In this document: in pieces, positions 1-11,480 of the stretch
Layout: every line of letters begins with the position of its first letter
How positions within the stretch are numbered: position 1 is the stretch's first letter
NCBI GenBank assembly: GCA_010909165.1
Contig: MU008158.1
Span: 2,629,478 to 2,693,477 of the forward strand
Direction of reading: 5' to 3'
From: Anthoceros angustus
Lineage: Eukaryota; Plantae; Anthocerotophyta
Length of the DNA stretch: 64,000 nt
Notes under the pieces: model-generated
Database searches by the model: none
What the model saw: only the letters and a program-made list of their open reading frames with translations
What the model was told of the DNA's origin: nothing
Translations under genes and position numbers: made by a program

Positions 1-229
1 AAGTCCTCTACAAGGGTACATGATGGATATGGTGAGGAGCAATGAATCGACATCACCAACCACATCCATTCCTCGTGACGTGACCTTCATGCCCACGATG
101 AGGGGCTGAGCTCGAGCGCTGGAGGCGTGTATGGAATAGGCACCGGTGCGGAAGATCGTGGCAGGCTGAGACATCCCGCCATGTGCTCGCAATCGCATTC
201 CAAGAAGAAGGTCGACTACAGGGTGCAGC

Positions 230-676
230 ACCGCATATGGGGTGAGGAGGACGATGGCGAGGAGTTCGATGTGGTGGCCTCAAGATGCACAAACGTGGCC
301 CCGGAGATGCCACCACTGCAGAATTGAACGGGGTGAGAAACCGCAGTCGATTCCCATATATTTTGTCCGCAGTTGCGCATTGTGGGAGCGCGACGCTTAT
401 ATGTGCGCCCATGGGGAATCGAACTGTGGGCCACTGGCTGTGATGCGAACCGCAGATGGCGAGGACAATGCATATGCAAAGGGCTTGCAGGACATGGACT
501 TCCTCCCGACATGTATCGGTACATGGGCTAACTCTGCGGTGCGAGTACAGACGCGTGCCCAAATACCTCCACCGGTGGACGGAGGGAAAGCCACCCGTGG
601 GCGTGGGGCCATCACCACCTGCTGCGATGGTGCACAGCGTGAGGGGCGTGTGGCCCAGTTTGCGCCTTCCAAGTGA
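230..676 (+). mobile_element. Possible degenerate Ty3/Gypsy integrase remnant (zinc-binding region)
   Basis: ORF 242..676 reads GVRRTMARSSMWWPQDAQTWPRRCHHC, resembling the integrase G..RT.....WWP....CxxC signature. Spacing is short and no DDE core was recognised. Confidence 0.25.
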
Positions 677-1281
677 GCTAGGTGTAGGCGGCGAGAAAAG
701 TGTTTTGTCGCTCCATGACCAGGGCCCGACAATGAGGATTTCTTTGTTCTGGCCTTTTGAGACATGAGCCCAGTGGTGGCTTTGTTGTGGTCGAATGTAA
801 AAGTGGTTAAGTGAAGATGGTGTCTTCCTTGAGGCCTGTATGGTGGCGGTAATCGCCGGCTGGATGGGCTGCGATAGCCCGGTAGGCGTACATGGCGCCT
901 CAGGGCCCTACTCGGCCACAAGGGCTGTATGTGTGCAGCTCAGCGGATGGCTCCTCCACGCTATCTCCCATAAAGGTCTGGCACGGTTTTCCAGTGGCAG
1001 GCGAGATGGGGTCATGCGAATGGATGTGCGATGTGTGACCCTAAAAAAAACATTGTGTGTCACAACCACAAAAGATTCTTCACACGGACACCACAGGCTT
1101 GGTGACGAGATCGGGACACGAGGGCGGCGCCGGCATGTCGTCGAGTGTGTGACACAGAGTTTTCCAGTATGCGGTGAAAACTCTTTTACGATCGAAAAAA
1201 ACCCTAAAGGGCTTCCTGACGAGATCGGTATTCCATACAAAGGAGTTTGTTTCTCATTCGTCGAATATGAAAATTATACAG

Positions 1282-1333
1282 CATATAAACACGTCTCAAT
1301 AATATACCATATAAATACGTCTCAATAATATAC
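1282..1333. repeat. 26-bp tandem duplication at the start of an AT-rich intergenic stretch
   Basis: catataaacacgtctcaataatatac is followed directly by catataaatacgtctcaataatatac. Confidence 0.85.
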
Positions 1334-1858
1334 CTTCTTCTTCTTGAGTATGAGTTATCAACTTCATAAATAATAATTTTACTAGAATTTATATTTATAG
1401 ATCTAGTAAATATTATATAATTTATATTAGAATATATTTATTACAAAATGTATTAAAATATATTTTTATAAACATATTATAACGCACAACACATGCGTGC
1501 ATGCACGAGCTACATGCAGTGTGGAAAATGGACGACACACATATATCCATAGGTAGTGTAAGGAGGATGACAATGTTGAGGGTCCAGGCAGGCAGGCTAT
1601 TGAGAGTGTAGGCTAAATGGCAGGGCAACTGGGTGAGTGGTTTGACGCGACTCGGGCGGCGACTGGCAGCTGCACGTTGTCTCCCATCCCAGTCACAGGC
1701 CTGACTACTCTTCGTGAGTCCAGTCGGCGCCCGCACGCTTTGTGTCCGCCCGCGCGTTCGTCTCCGCCCCCGCCGGGCTCGAGGCCGTGTCCGCTTGCGC
1801 TTTCGCTTTGAGCTTTGAGCTTTGCGCTTTCGCTTTCGTTTTCGCCTCCGCTTGCCCT

Positions 1859-4492
1859 ATGAAGTCCTTCAGGAAGCTGAGCAATCTGGTGCTCAACACG
1901 CACAAATCGCCCAGGGACAAGGATAAGGCTGACAGGGAGAGGGAGAGGCGCAGCGATGGCGGGGACGGGATGCCAGGGGTGCAAGATGCAGAGGGCCTCA
2001 CCATCGCACGAGGAATGCAGGTGCTTGCCTGTTTCCATGCTCTTGAGTCAGTAAAAAAAAGGCCATGCCGGCCAGCGCCATCCAAAAACGCTGACTGTTT
2101 GTTTGTGCCGGACTGGAAATATGGGTGCAGGAGTTGCGGGACATGACTGCCCGCTACCAGGGCTTGGTCACCGTCTCTGCGCAGCTTGCAGCCTGTGCTT
2201 ACGGTTAGATCTTTGTACTCTGCTCCTCTGGGGATGGGGGCATGGGCATTCACATTCGCAAAGTCTTACTCACCTCATCTTCTGCCACAGAGTTTTCTGG
2301 AGCGGTTCAGGACATGGGGTCTTACTGCGTGAACAATTTCGGATTCGTGGGGAATGACGATATCGGTTAGCTCATGTCCTTGCCCTTGCTGCAGCAGCAG
2401 CAGCTCCGTTCTGTCGCTCTGCTGGATTCCCTCGCTCACGCTTTGCTCTGGTGTCTAGGTAAGATCTTCGAAACCGTGGGGAAGGTGCAGTCTGAGATCT
2501 CCAAATTTCTGGACCTCTATGTTCGTATTCAATTCACTCACTTTCGATCTCTGCCAGCGCTCTGAACAGCAGCTCGTCTTTTTCCTCCAACTTGTGTGTG
2601 TGCCTCCAGTGGTACCGCTGCTCTTCTCTGATCCCCTTCTGTGCAGGGTAGTCATGTGTCCCAAACCATAGTCACCCCGACGGAGAGTCTGCTGGCTGAG
2701 CTTCGGCGTCTCGAGGTCAGTGGCAAATCCTCAACATGTCGTTTTGCAGAGACCAAAATTTCCGAGGCTCGTCCGCTTATGAAAACGATGTTGGTGCAGG
2801 ATTCAAATAGACAGTACGATGCAAAGAGGTGAGTGGACATGGTCCTCTGTCGCCGTTTGGGGCGGTGGAGCACTTGAGTAAGTTGGTTGGTGACTTGCTG
2901 TGACAGGCAGGCATATGATACTTTGAGGTACAATAGCTTGTCTGGAAGGATGAGGAGTTCCAAGGAAGATGCCCTTCTGGAGAGGCAGATGCAGCAGAAC
3001 AAAGTGGAGCGTGAGGAGCTGGCCGTTTTCATCGGTTGCCGCCTGCTGTCCTTGCAGCACGGTCGCCCACGGAGTCTTATAACCCAGGCAGCTCGCCATT
3101 ACACCGCCCAGGTGGTCTCTCACTCTGCCTACAGGCTATGGGAAATGCACCCATTAAAGTCAAGAATGTGACTTAAGATCCGACCGTGTACGCTTCTCAG
3201 GTCCAGCTCTTCAGCAGCGTACTGGAGGCCCTTCAGGGGATTGAAAGCTACATGAAGAACGTAATGCAGGAGCGTGACATTGATGAGAATCTCAACTCTG
3301 CAGCCGTTGCAGCTTCAGAGAAGCAGGTGGGTGCTGACACTCGGCGAAGGTTGCTTTGCTCGTAAGTCGTTCTGTTGCTTCTCTCTAGTCACCCTGGCTA
3401 CGTGTTAGTATGCAGAGCGTGAAAGTTCCCGACAAGAACAACAGCAAGCCCAGTACTCCATCCACGAGGGCTTTGCCTGTTCAAAGTCCCGTCGAGCAGA
3501 TTTGGGCCAACATGCGGAGAACCAACACCGCCATGACGCCTGCATCCCCTCCTGGTTATCAGAAGGTCTATGTATGCGACCCTATGGTGGTATCTCCTCC
3601 TCCGTCACCTCGACAAGAGCTTGGGACATCCGTCACTCTTGGGCCTCCATCCAGGCGGCCACCCACTCCGCCTATCCCGCCTGTCCAGGTTGATGAGGTT
3701 CAGGATGTGGAGCACTTGGATCTCACACTAATTGAGGAGGCCAGGGGAAGCACCAGTGACAACCAGGAGCAGAGTGATGTTGCGGCTGTGGCAGAGGAAG
3801 CATCGGCCATGTTGCATGAGACAGTGCAGGTTCAACAGGAGGCCTCCGGTGCCAGGCCAACTGCAACCTCTGCTTCTCCCAGGACCAGCCACGTGCCTCC
3901 CACGGTGACCTTAGGTATTCCTACACTATCCTCAGCTGCCATCAGCAATGAGCAGAGTCATAACAAGAACAGGAGGCCTGACAGCATACCGGAAGCCTCA
4001 CCGGTTAGGCGACACTCTCAGTCAGGGCCTCTGACAAGGGATGGGACTCCTTGGTCGGTTCCCGTGACCAGAGCCAGCAGCAGTTTGAACAGGTTGCCCA
4101 GAGACCACACCATCTTTGGTACGCCAAGGTCATCTAAAGTGGCCAAGGTGCAAATAAGCGAGCTGCATAAGCTGCCTGCCCCTCCATCCTCAGCTCCCGC
4201 TACTTCTGGGGCTGGGCATACTGGTGGGGGAAGAGGGACGGCCCGCTCGGGCCCCTTGCTCAAGAGTCATGATGATGTGGCATCAAGAACTAGAACTACT
4301 GCTCGCCAACAGCTCCTGGCTGCTGAAGCTGCCTATGGTCGCAGTGGGGTGTCTAGAAGCCTGTCGCTTCCTGCATCTGCACCCAAGATTCAGTTGTCTA
4401 CCCCACCCAACGTGAATGACTCTCTGCGTGCAACTCGTAAACCCTCGAGAATTGAAAAGAAGGAGAGGACTGTGAGTGTCGGCGGTGCATAA
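1859..4492 (+). CDS. Multi-exon At2g33490/At3g26910-like protein (N-terminal BAR/AH-type helical domain, long Ser/Pro-rich C-terminus)
   Basis: Exon translations MKSFRKLS..., ELRDMTARYQGLVTVSAQLAACAY, EFSGAVQDMGSYC, GKVQSEISKFLDLY, SQTIVTPTESLLAELRRLE and RLLSLQHGRPRSLITQAARHYTAQ match the family motifs (DMRSCYDSLLSAAAATANSAYEFSESL; TITNPSESLLNELR; RSLLTQAARHH). Introns are GT-AG and the last exon lies in ORF 3410..4492. Confidence 0.85.
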
Positions 4493-4637
4493 GGTGCATT
4501 TCCCAAGTGCCAGTGTCTCACAGCTTAATTGCACAATTGCGTCCCTATGTACCATGCTGTCCGGCAACTCAGTTGTACAACTACATTCAAAACTGTGAAG
4601 CCCCCTCCTTACCACCATTTTTACTGTCACTCACTGT

Positions 4638-7600
4638 CTATTCATGCCGTAGTCGTGCAGCTTCATCCGGGTTTCCCTTGCTCAACCAGCTGCAGATCCT
4701 CCCGTCCTCACCACCGCTCCAGTAAGTTGGCCCTGAAATGGAGCCTGTGCCACTCCAAACACTTCTTACAACCTCCGAATGCCCGCCTTGAAGTATGACA
4801 CTGGCCTGTCCCACATCCGAGTCCAAAAGTAACGGGAAGACTCCAACGGAGCCACTTTGGGTACCACCTAGAACGGAAAGACATCCCGTAGACGATGAGT
4901 ACTGACAGTCGATGAGGTAATCCACCTGTAAATATGCATCCGCAGGTGAGAGCTGATTTCCTCCAGACACCAACAGCGCTCTCATACAACAAAGCCTGAT
5001 CTTGGTTTGGGCTCTGAAGAGTTGAACGCATGCATAGCATTTCCCACCAGGACGATGAAGAACTTGAGGGCAGGGCCATGTGGGTATTTTCTCCCTCATA
5101 CCAGTTCAAACATAAATCACACTCCCCACCCACACTGGGTCATCAGTTGAACTGGCAATCACGGCTGGATTCTACTGGGAGTCATCATAGACTACAACGT
5201 GCACGCACACGAAGAGTGGAAGGTGTCAAGAAAACACGTACAGAGTCCAAAGGCCAGTTGGATGTCAATCGTGACCTGATATCACCAAAGTCGGCTTGCA
5301 TCACTGAGGAGTCCATCTGCCAGATGCTGCATCACGTCATCGTAAGATGCAATGAGGAGCTTCTCCGGAATGGAGGAGTCAAAGGCTCCACTAAAAAGCC
5401 CAACAGACTCCATACCTCAGGGTCTCAATATGTGTCAAGCACCATATTTTTTGATACTGCTCCCCGTGAAAGCCGAACTTGGAGACAGACGTTCCAACGT
5501 TCATGACCTGGACCATGGAAAGTTAGAGGAGAAGCGAAGCCGAGCGAAACTTGCTTAAGAGCGAGAGGAAGAACTATGAGCTAAGCCAAGTATCTCACCG
5601 ACTGCAAGGCGTCCTCTTCAGCGATGTTCCCACTGGTGTCAACCGTACAAACAAGGCCATCCACTGATGCGGACACTACTCGTTCTTGTTTACAGGCATG
5701 GAACTTCACCTAGAAGGTGAAACTGGACAAACCCGTCGTCAACGAGAATGGGTTGACCAATTCAAAGGCCAAACCCAAACGAAGAGAAGCAAAACAGACA
5801 TTCAAAAACCAGAAACCTGCGTCACAGCTTCGGTGTGGAGCTCGTCCAAGCATGATAGTTGCTGTTTTTTCCTCCAGTCCCAGAATACCAACTGCTAGCA
5901 AGTAGTGAAAGTGTGCAGGTTAGCATCAAAATAAGCTCCATAGCCCCAGACATAGTTTGGTTTGCCAGTGAAGGGGAACATAGATACCTCGGCACCAACA
6001 CCAGCAACGACAGCACACCCCGATGAGCCCCCACAGCTGAAGCTCCACACCTCTTGCGACGAAGAATTGGGCCTCAGCACACCAACCTAGGAGCATTTGA
6101 AGGCCTCAGTACAGAGCCTTTTGTGTACCACCTAGAACGGAAAGACATCCGTAGACGATGAGTACTGACAGTCGATGAGGTAATCCACCTGTAAATATGC
6201 ATCCGCAGGTGAGAGCTGATTTCCTCCAGACACCAACAGCGCTCTCCTACAACAAAGCCTGATCTTGGTTTGGGCTCTGAAGAGTTGAACGCATGCATAG
6301 CATTTCCCACCAGGACGATGAAGAACTTGAGGGCAGGGCCATGTGGGTATTTTCTCCCTCATACCAGTTCAAACATAAATCACCTCCCCACCCCACACTG
6401 GGTCATCAGTTGAACTGGCAATCACGGCTGGATTCTACTGGGAGTCATCATAGACTACAACGTGCACGCACACGAAGAGTGGAAGGTGTCAAGAAAACAC
6501 GTACAAGTCAAAAGGCCAGTTGGATGTCAATCGTGACCTGATATCACCAAAGTCGGCTTGCATCACTGAGGTCCATCTGCCAGATGCTGCATCACGTCAT
6601 CGTAAGATGCAATGAGGAGCTTCTCCGGAATGGAGAGTCAAAGGCTCCACTAAAAGCCCAACAGACTCCATACCTCAGGGTCTCAATATGTGTCAAGCAC
6701 CATATTTTTTGATACTGCTCCCCGTGAAAGCCGAACTTGGAGACAGACGTTCCAACGTTCATGACCTGGACCATGGAAAGTTAGAGGAGGAAGCCAGCGA
6801 AACTTGCTTAAGAGCGAGAGGAAGAACTATGAGCTAAGCCAAGTATCTCACCGACTGCAAGGCGTCCTCTTCAGCGATGTTCCCACTGGTGTCAACCGTA
6901 CAAACAAGGCCATCCACTGATGCGGACACTACTCGTTCTTGTTTACAGGCATGGAACTTCACCTAGAAGGTGAAACTGGACAAACCCGTCGTCAACGAGA
7001 ATGGGTTGACCAATTCAAAGGCCAAACCCAAACGAAGAGAAGCAAAACAGACATTCAAAAACCAGAAACCTGCGTCACAGCTTCGGTGTGGAGCTCGTCC
7101 AAGCATGATAGTTGCTGTTTTTTCCTCCAGTCCCAGAATACCAACTGCTAGCAAGTAGTGAAAGTGTGCAGGTTAGCATCAAAATAAGCTCCATAGCCCC
7201 AGACATAGTTTGGTTTGCCAGTGAAGGGGAACATAGATACCTCGGCACCAACACCAGCAACGACAGCACCCTGATGAGCCCCCACAGCTGAAGCTCCACA
7301 CCTCTTGCGACGAAGAATTGGGCCTCAGCACACCAACCTAGGAGCATTTGAAGGCCTCAGTACAGAGCCTTTTGTGTGACAACATCAGAGCAGGGCTGGA
7401 GTGGAGTCGGTGACACAAACCTGAGACCGGGACCGAACGTCCCATGCACGAAGGGTTCCATCACTTGAGGAAGACAACAAGAGGTTGGGTGACAATTGCT
7501 CCATGTAGGCCACCTGCGTGATGGTATCCTCATGGCCGCAGCATAACCCCAGAAGCTTGCCCGTAATGGGAGAGTACAGGCAGATGGAGTTGGTAGAAAG

Positions 7601-7809
7601 AGAGACTGCCATGACAGAATTGCTAGCGCTGCCATGCACATAACACAACACAGGTTGGCAGAGCCCGCTGAAGAGCAGAAGATCGGATTGTCGGGAGTAG
7701 AGAGTACGCACTTGACGGCAACGTCGAAGACATAGTCGGAGTCCGAGCCGGAAGCATTGGCCGCCGCACCGGCCTGGATGCGGTGAAGGAGGTGAGGACG
7801 CGCCGCCAT
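4638..7809 (-). CDS. GTS1: WD40-repeat protein, WDR89/GIGANTUS1 orthologue; interrupted in this assembly by an internal tandem duplication
   Basis: Exons MAARPHLL...DYVFDVAVK, MAVSLSTNSICLYSPITG...SSSSDGTLRAWDVRS, QEVWSFSCGG, MNVGTSVSKFGFHGEQYQKIWCLTHIETL, VDYLIDC and GGHSEVVRSV...WSGGEDGRICSW match Arabidopsis GTS1 motifs. Confidence 0.9.
4861..7377. repeat. Direct tandem duplication, ~1.26-kb unit (copy 1 4861-6126, copy 2 6125-7377) inside GTS1
   Basis: Near-identical blocks both begin gtaccacctagaacggaaagacatcc and end cagtacagagccttttgtgt. The junction has 2-bp gt microhomology, and the copies differ mainly by small indels. Confidence 0.95.
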
Positions 7810-8002
7810 CGAGGAACAAATTCGTACACGTTGAATTTCTCTCACCTAAGATAGCGGGTGGTAGGTAGTATCCAACACATGTACGTATCCAGATCAGAGT
7901 CGCTGCACTAGGTTTCAACTCTTCGGACCAATACGCTCTCCTCCAGTTCTAGGTTTCCTTGAGCGGAGCAGAGACGAGGCATCTCTGCGCAATCAGGCCG
8001 AC
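7810..8002. promoter_or_regulatory. Candidate bidirectional promoter between GTS1 (-) and TOM20 (+)
   Basis: The two start codons are head-to-head and only 193 bp apart. Confidence 0.55.
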
Positions 8003-8979
8003 ATGGACAGCATCCCAAGGGAGGAGCTGGAGCGGCTCATGTTCTTCGAGCAGGCCAGGGAAAAAGCCGCCGCCGACTACATTCGATCTCCCAAGGATCC
8101 CGATGTACGTGTTTTCTACTACTACACTATCAGGACAGAACAGGACTCTACCATGACCCCCACCATGTGTGCTAACAGTCTTCCATGTTCAGAATTTGAC
8201 ACGATGGGGAGGGGCCTTGCTGGAGTTGGCACAGTTTCGCCAAGGCCAGGACTCAATAGACATGGTTCAAGGTCAGAACTCCATTCCCTTTCTCTCCTCC
8301 GCTGGCTTTAGAGACGGATTTTTGTGAAACCTGTCATCCGGTGGCTGCAGATGCTGTGTCCAAGTTGGAGGAAGCTTTGCGGATAAATCCGAAGAAGCAT
8401 GATGCCCACTGGTGTCTGGGGAACGCGTATACTTCACAGGGCTTTCTGGTCTCCGAAACCGATAAGGCTAACGAGTACTTCAGAAAGGCAGTGCGATGCT
8501 TCCAGCAAGCTTTGGATGAGGTGGGACGGCATGCATGCATGGCATCCTTGACATGCAACCAGCTTGCTCTGCTCAGCTGGCCCCGAAGCTCATGGCCTTT
8601 TCCTCCCTGTGCAGGAGCCTTCCAGCGAATTGTATCAAAAGGCCCTGGAGATGACACTGAAGGTATGTTCATCGTCTCGTTGTGTCACAGACTTGCATGG
8701 CCATGGTCGTATCCTAACTGATCTGCTTCGTCCTCAAATCAGGCACCTGCGCTGCATCAGGAGCTTCAGAAGCAGTTGGCCTCCCAGCAGGTGGGTGTGG
8801 GCGGCGGAGGGGGAGGATCTCTTGGCGCGGGCACATCCAAGGCCGGCAAGAAGAAGAAGAAGAACAGTGACTTCAAGTACGACGTGCTAGGGTGGGTGGT
8901 GTTGGCGGCAGGAGTTGTTGCTTGGGTGGGGTTAGCGAAGTCATCCATGCCACCCCCACCTCCCCCAACGTTGAGATAG
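8003..8979 (+). CDS. TOM20: Mitochondrial import receptor subunit TOM20 (plant type, C-terminal anchor), 5 exons
   Basis: Exons [70 protein letters not shown] and [32 protein letters not shown] are diagnostic plant TOM20 motifs. Confidence 0.95.
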
Positions 8980-9063
8980 AAGCAGTCATGTAGGGGGCGG
9001 GGAAAAGGCAAAAGGGTGGACGTTACGGCGTGTCAAGTTTTAGGGTCTTCCATGAAATGAGTC

Positions 9064-9190
9064 CGGCGGCAGGAGTTGGTGCTTGGGTAGATTAGCGAAC
9101 TCATCTATGTCTCGCTCCCTCCCCATTAAGATCCAAGCAGCTATGTAGGGAGCGGGGAAAGGGTAAAAAGGGTCGACATCACGGCGGGCC
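9064..9190 (+). pseudogene. Diverged duplicate of the TOM20 3' end (transmembrane-coding part plus 3' UTR)
   Basis: ggcggcaggagttggtgcttgggtagattagcgaactcatc...tatgtagggagcggggaaagggtaaaaagggtcgacatcacggcg parallels 8904-9030, with an in-frame TAG after GVGAWVD. Confidence 0.7.
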
Positions 9191-9579
9191 TAGTCGTATG
9201 TTTTCGTATGTGAAATGAAGTAAGGCATGTATATAAGGCACTGCAGAAACGTCCACCTCTTGAACATATGCCACAGCACGAGCATAGCATGGGAGCCAGT
9301 TTCCCGGAGCGGATGTTAATGCGTTTGGAAGCTAATTGGACGTTGGCTGACCGCCCGGGGTTCTTATGTCTCGAGGTTGCCACTGCTGAATTTATTGTTT
9401 TTACTGCAAGCTACAAATATTCCTGCCTGCCGTCCCTTTCTTTGTGGTCTTTTCTTGCTCGCTGTGCTGTCGTGTGCTGCGTCCCGGACAGCCCGTCGAG
9501 GACTTGAGGACTTGAGGGCCCGTTCGGCTGGTTGATCGGGTATCCGGACGCGGCTGGCGAGGAGGAGGAGGCAGACGAC

Positions 9580-10984
9580 ATGGCGGAAAAAAACGAGAAG
9601 AAGGCTTCCGTGTCTGATGTCGGTGCCTGGGCCATGAACATCAGCAGCTCCGTGGCGATCATCATGACCAACAAGCAAGTGATGCGAGCGAGTGGATACG
9701 ACTTTGTGTTTGGTATGCTTCGGATTGCTCCCTCTCCTCCTTTTGCAAATTGCGTTGGCCTCTCATTGCTTCCAGCTTAATTTGGTTTGGATGTTGTTCC
9801 AGCCACATCGTTGACAGCCTTCCACTTCACCCTAACGTCCGTGGTGGGATTCATTCATCGGGCCTCCACCAAAGCATCGGCCAAAACTGTGCCGTTTTGG
9901 GATCTCTTTTGGTTTTCGCTAGTGTCTAACTTGTCCATCGTCGCGATGAACTCCAGTTTGATGCTGAACTCTGTTGGGTTCTATCAGGTACTGCTCGCTC
10001 CTGGCCCTTGCTCTCGTCTGCTCTTTGCTCTGCTTTTTCTGATGTCTTGTATCTGTTTCAGATCTCCAAGCTTAGTATGATCCCGGTCGTGTGCGTGCTG
10101 GAGTGGCTTCTCAATGGCAAAACGTACACGAGGCAGATTAAGGGTGCTGTGCTCATTACCATGCTTGGTGTGGGAGTTTGCACCGTCACCGATGTGAAAA
10201 TCAACCTCAAAGGGTTACTCACCGCGGTCATCGCCGTTCTAGCCACGGGCATTCAGCAAATAGTAAGCAGTTGCTTACTCCTTCGTCCGCACGCTTTTCG
10301 TGATGAGATCTGTTCGTGCTAACTTGGGGCCGGCCTGTTTGCAGTTTATTGGCTCGCTGCAGAAGAAGCACAACATCGCGTCATTCGATCTCCTGAGCAA
10401 GACGGCCCCCATGCAAGCTGCATCGCTGCTGGTGTTTGGCCCCTTCGTGGACTACATTCTGACTGGACGGAGTATCCTGAGCTACTCCCTTTCGTGGGGA
10501 GCCACCGTAAGTCTAGCCATTTTTTTTCTTTTCCTTGTTTCTGCTTGCTGGCTGTGCCCTGGGCCAGTATGTCAACCACTTTGACATAGGTTCTTGATTC
10601 CCAAGTTTCTTGTGATCTTCGGATCCCTCTCATTGAGAGTTTCTTGTGCAGTTTTTTATTGGCCTCTCCTGCGTACTCGCCGTCTTCTGCAATATGAGCC
10701 AGTATATGTGCATCGGCCGCTTCTCGGCAGTAACTTTCCAAGTGTTGGGCCACATGAAGACTGTCTGCATCTTGATTCTCGGATATCTCCTGTTTGACTC
10801 AGCTTTATCTCTGAAAAACACGTTGGGAATGACCGTTGCCATAGTTGGCATGTTCGTGTACCAATGGGCTGTGGAGCAAGCCAAAATTGCTGCGTTGATG
10901 AAGGATGCTAGTTTTTCAGAGGACGAGCTTACTTTGCTAAAAAGTGGGCCGGAGAGTAAGGATGTGGAAAGCGGGCTAAGATAA
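9580..10984 (+). CDS. URGT: UDP-rhamnose/UDP-galactose transporter (URGT-type NST/TPT family), multi-exon
   Basis: MAEKNEKKASVSDVGAWAMNISSSVAIIMTNKQVM, SLMLNSVGFYQ|ISKLSMIPVVC, FDLLSKTAPMQAASLLVFGPFVDY and FCNMSQYMCIGRFSAVTFQVLGHMKTVCIL match the URGT1-6 clade. Confidence 0.93.
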
Positions 10985-11480
10985 GTAGAAGGATCAGAGT
11001 TCGTGCAAAGATCTCACAGCGTCTGTTCTGTGCATTGAAGATGCAGGCGAGCAAGCATATACAACCCGTTGTAGTTATGGGTGCAGCACTTTGTGTGCTC
11101 CTTGGAATCCAGGGAGCGTACCGTGAGTTCGAGCGGAGTTGTTTTGCAGGTCTTGCCAGTTCAAAAGGCAGGTTTTCCCTTCGGACGTGGCAAATGCACT
11201 GCAATAGGAACTCCATAGAGGAAGCCATCTGGACCATTCATCTGTTAATTTGAGAGGTGCCTGCCGCACCTCTAATTTAACAATCCCCATTCTTTCGTCA
11301 TTCGTCCGTTATCTTGGAAGTCCTTGTGTCAGTTGTCAGTTTTGTAGGGCATTTGATGAGTCCTTGATGTCGAGATTGGTGACGACTTTATGTCAGACAT
11401 ATATAAAACATAGGTCAAACTTCCAGGATCTACAGAGCAGGAGATTCAAGTCTTCAAAGAGAATTGTTCAGCCCCCGCTT

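Noticed and set aside
1020-1200. Repeated gtgtgac/gtcacac motifs as CACTA subterminal repeats
   Set aside because: Too few copies and no CACTA/TAGTG terminus found.
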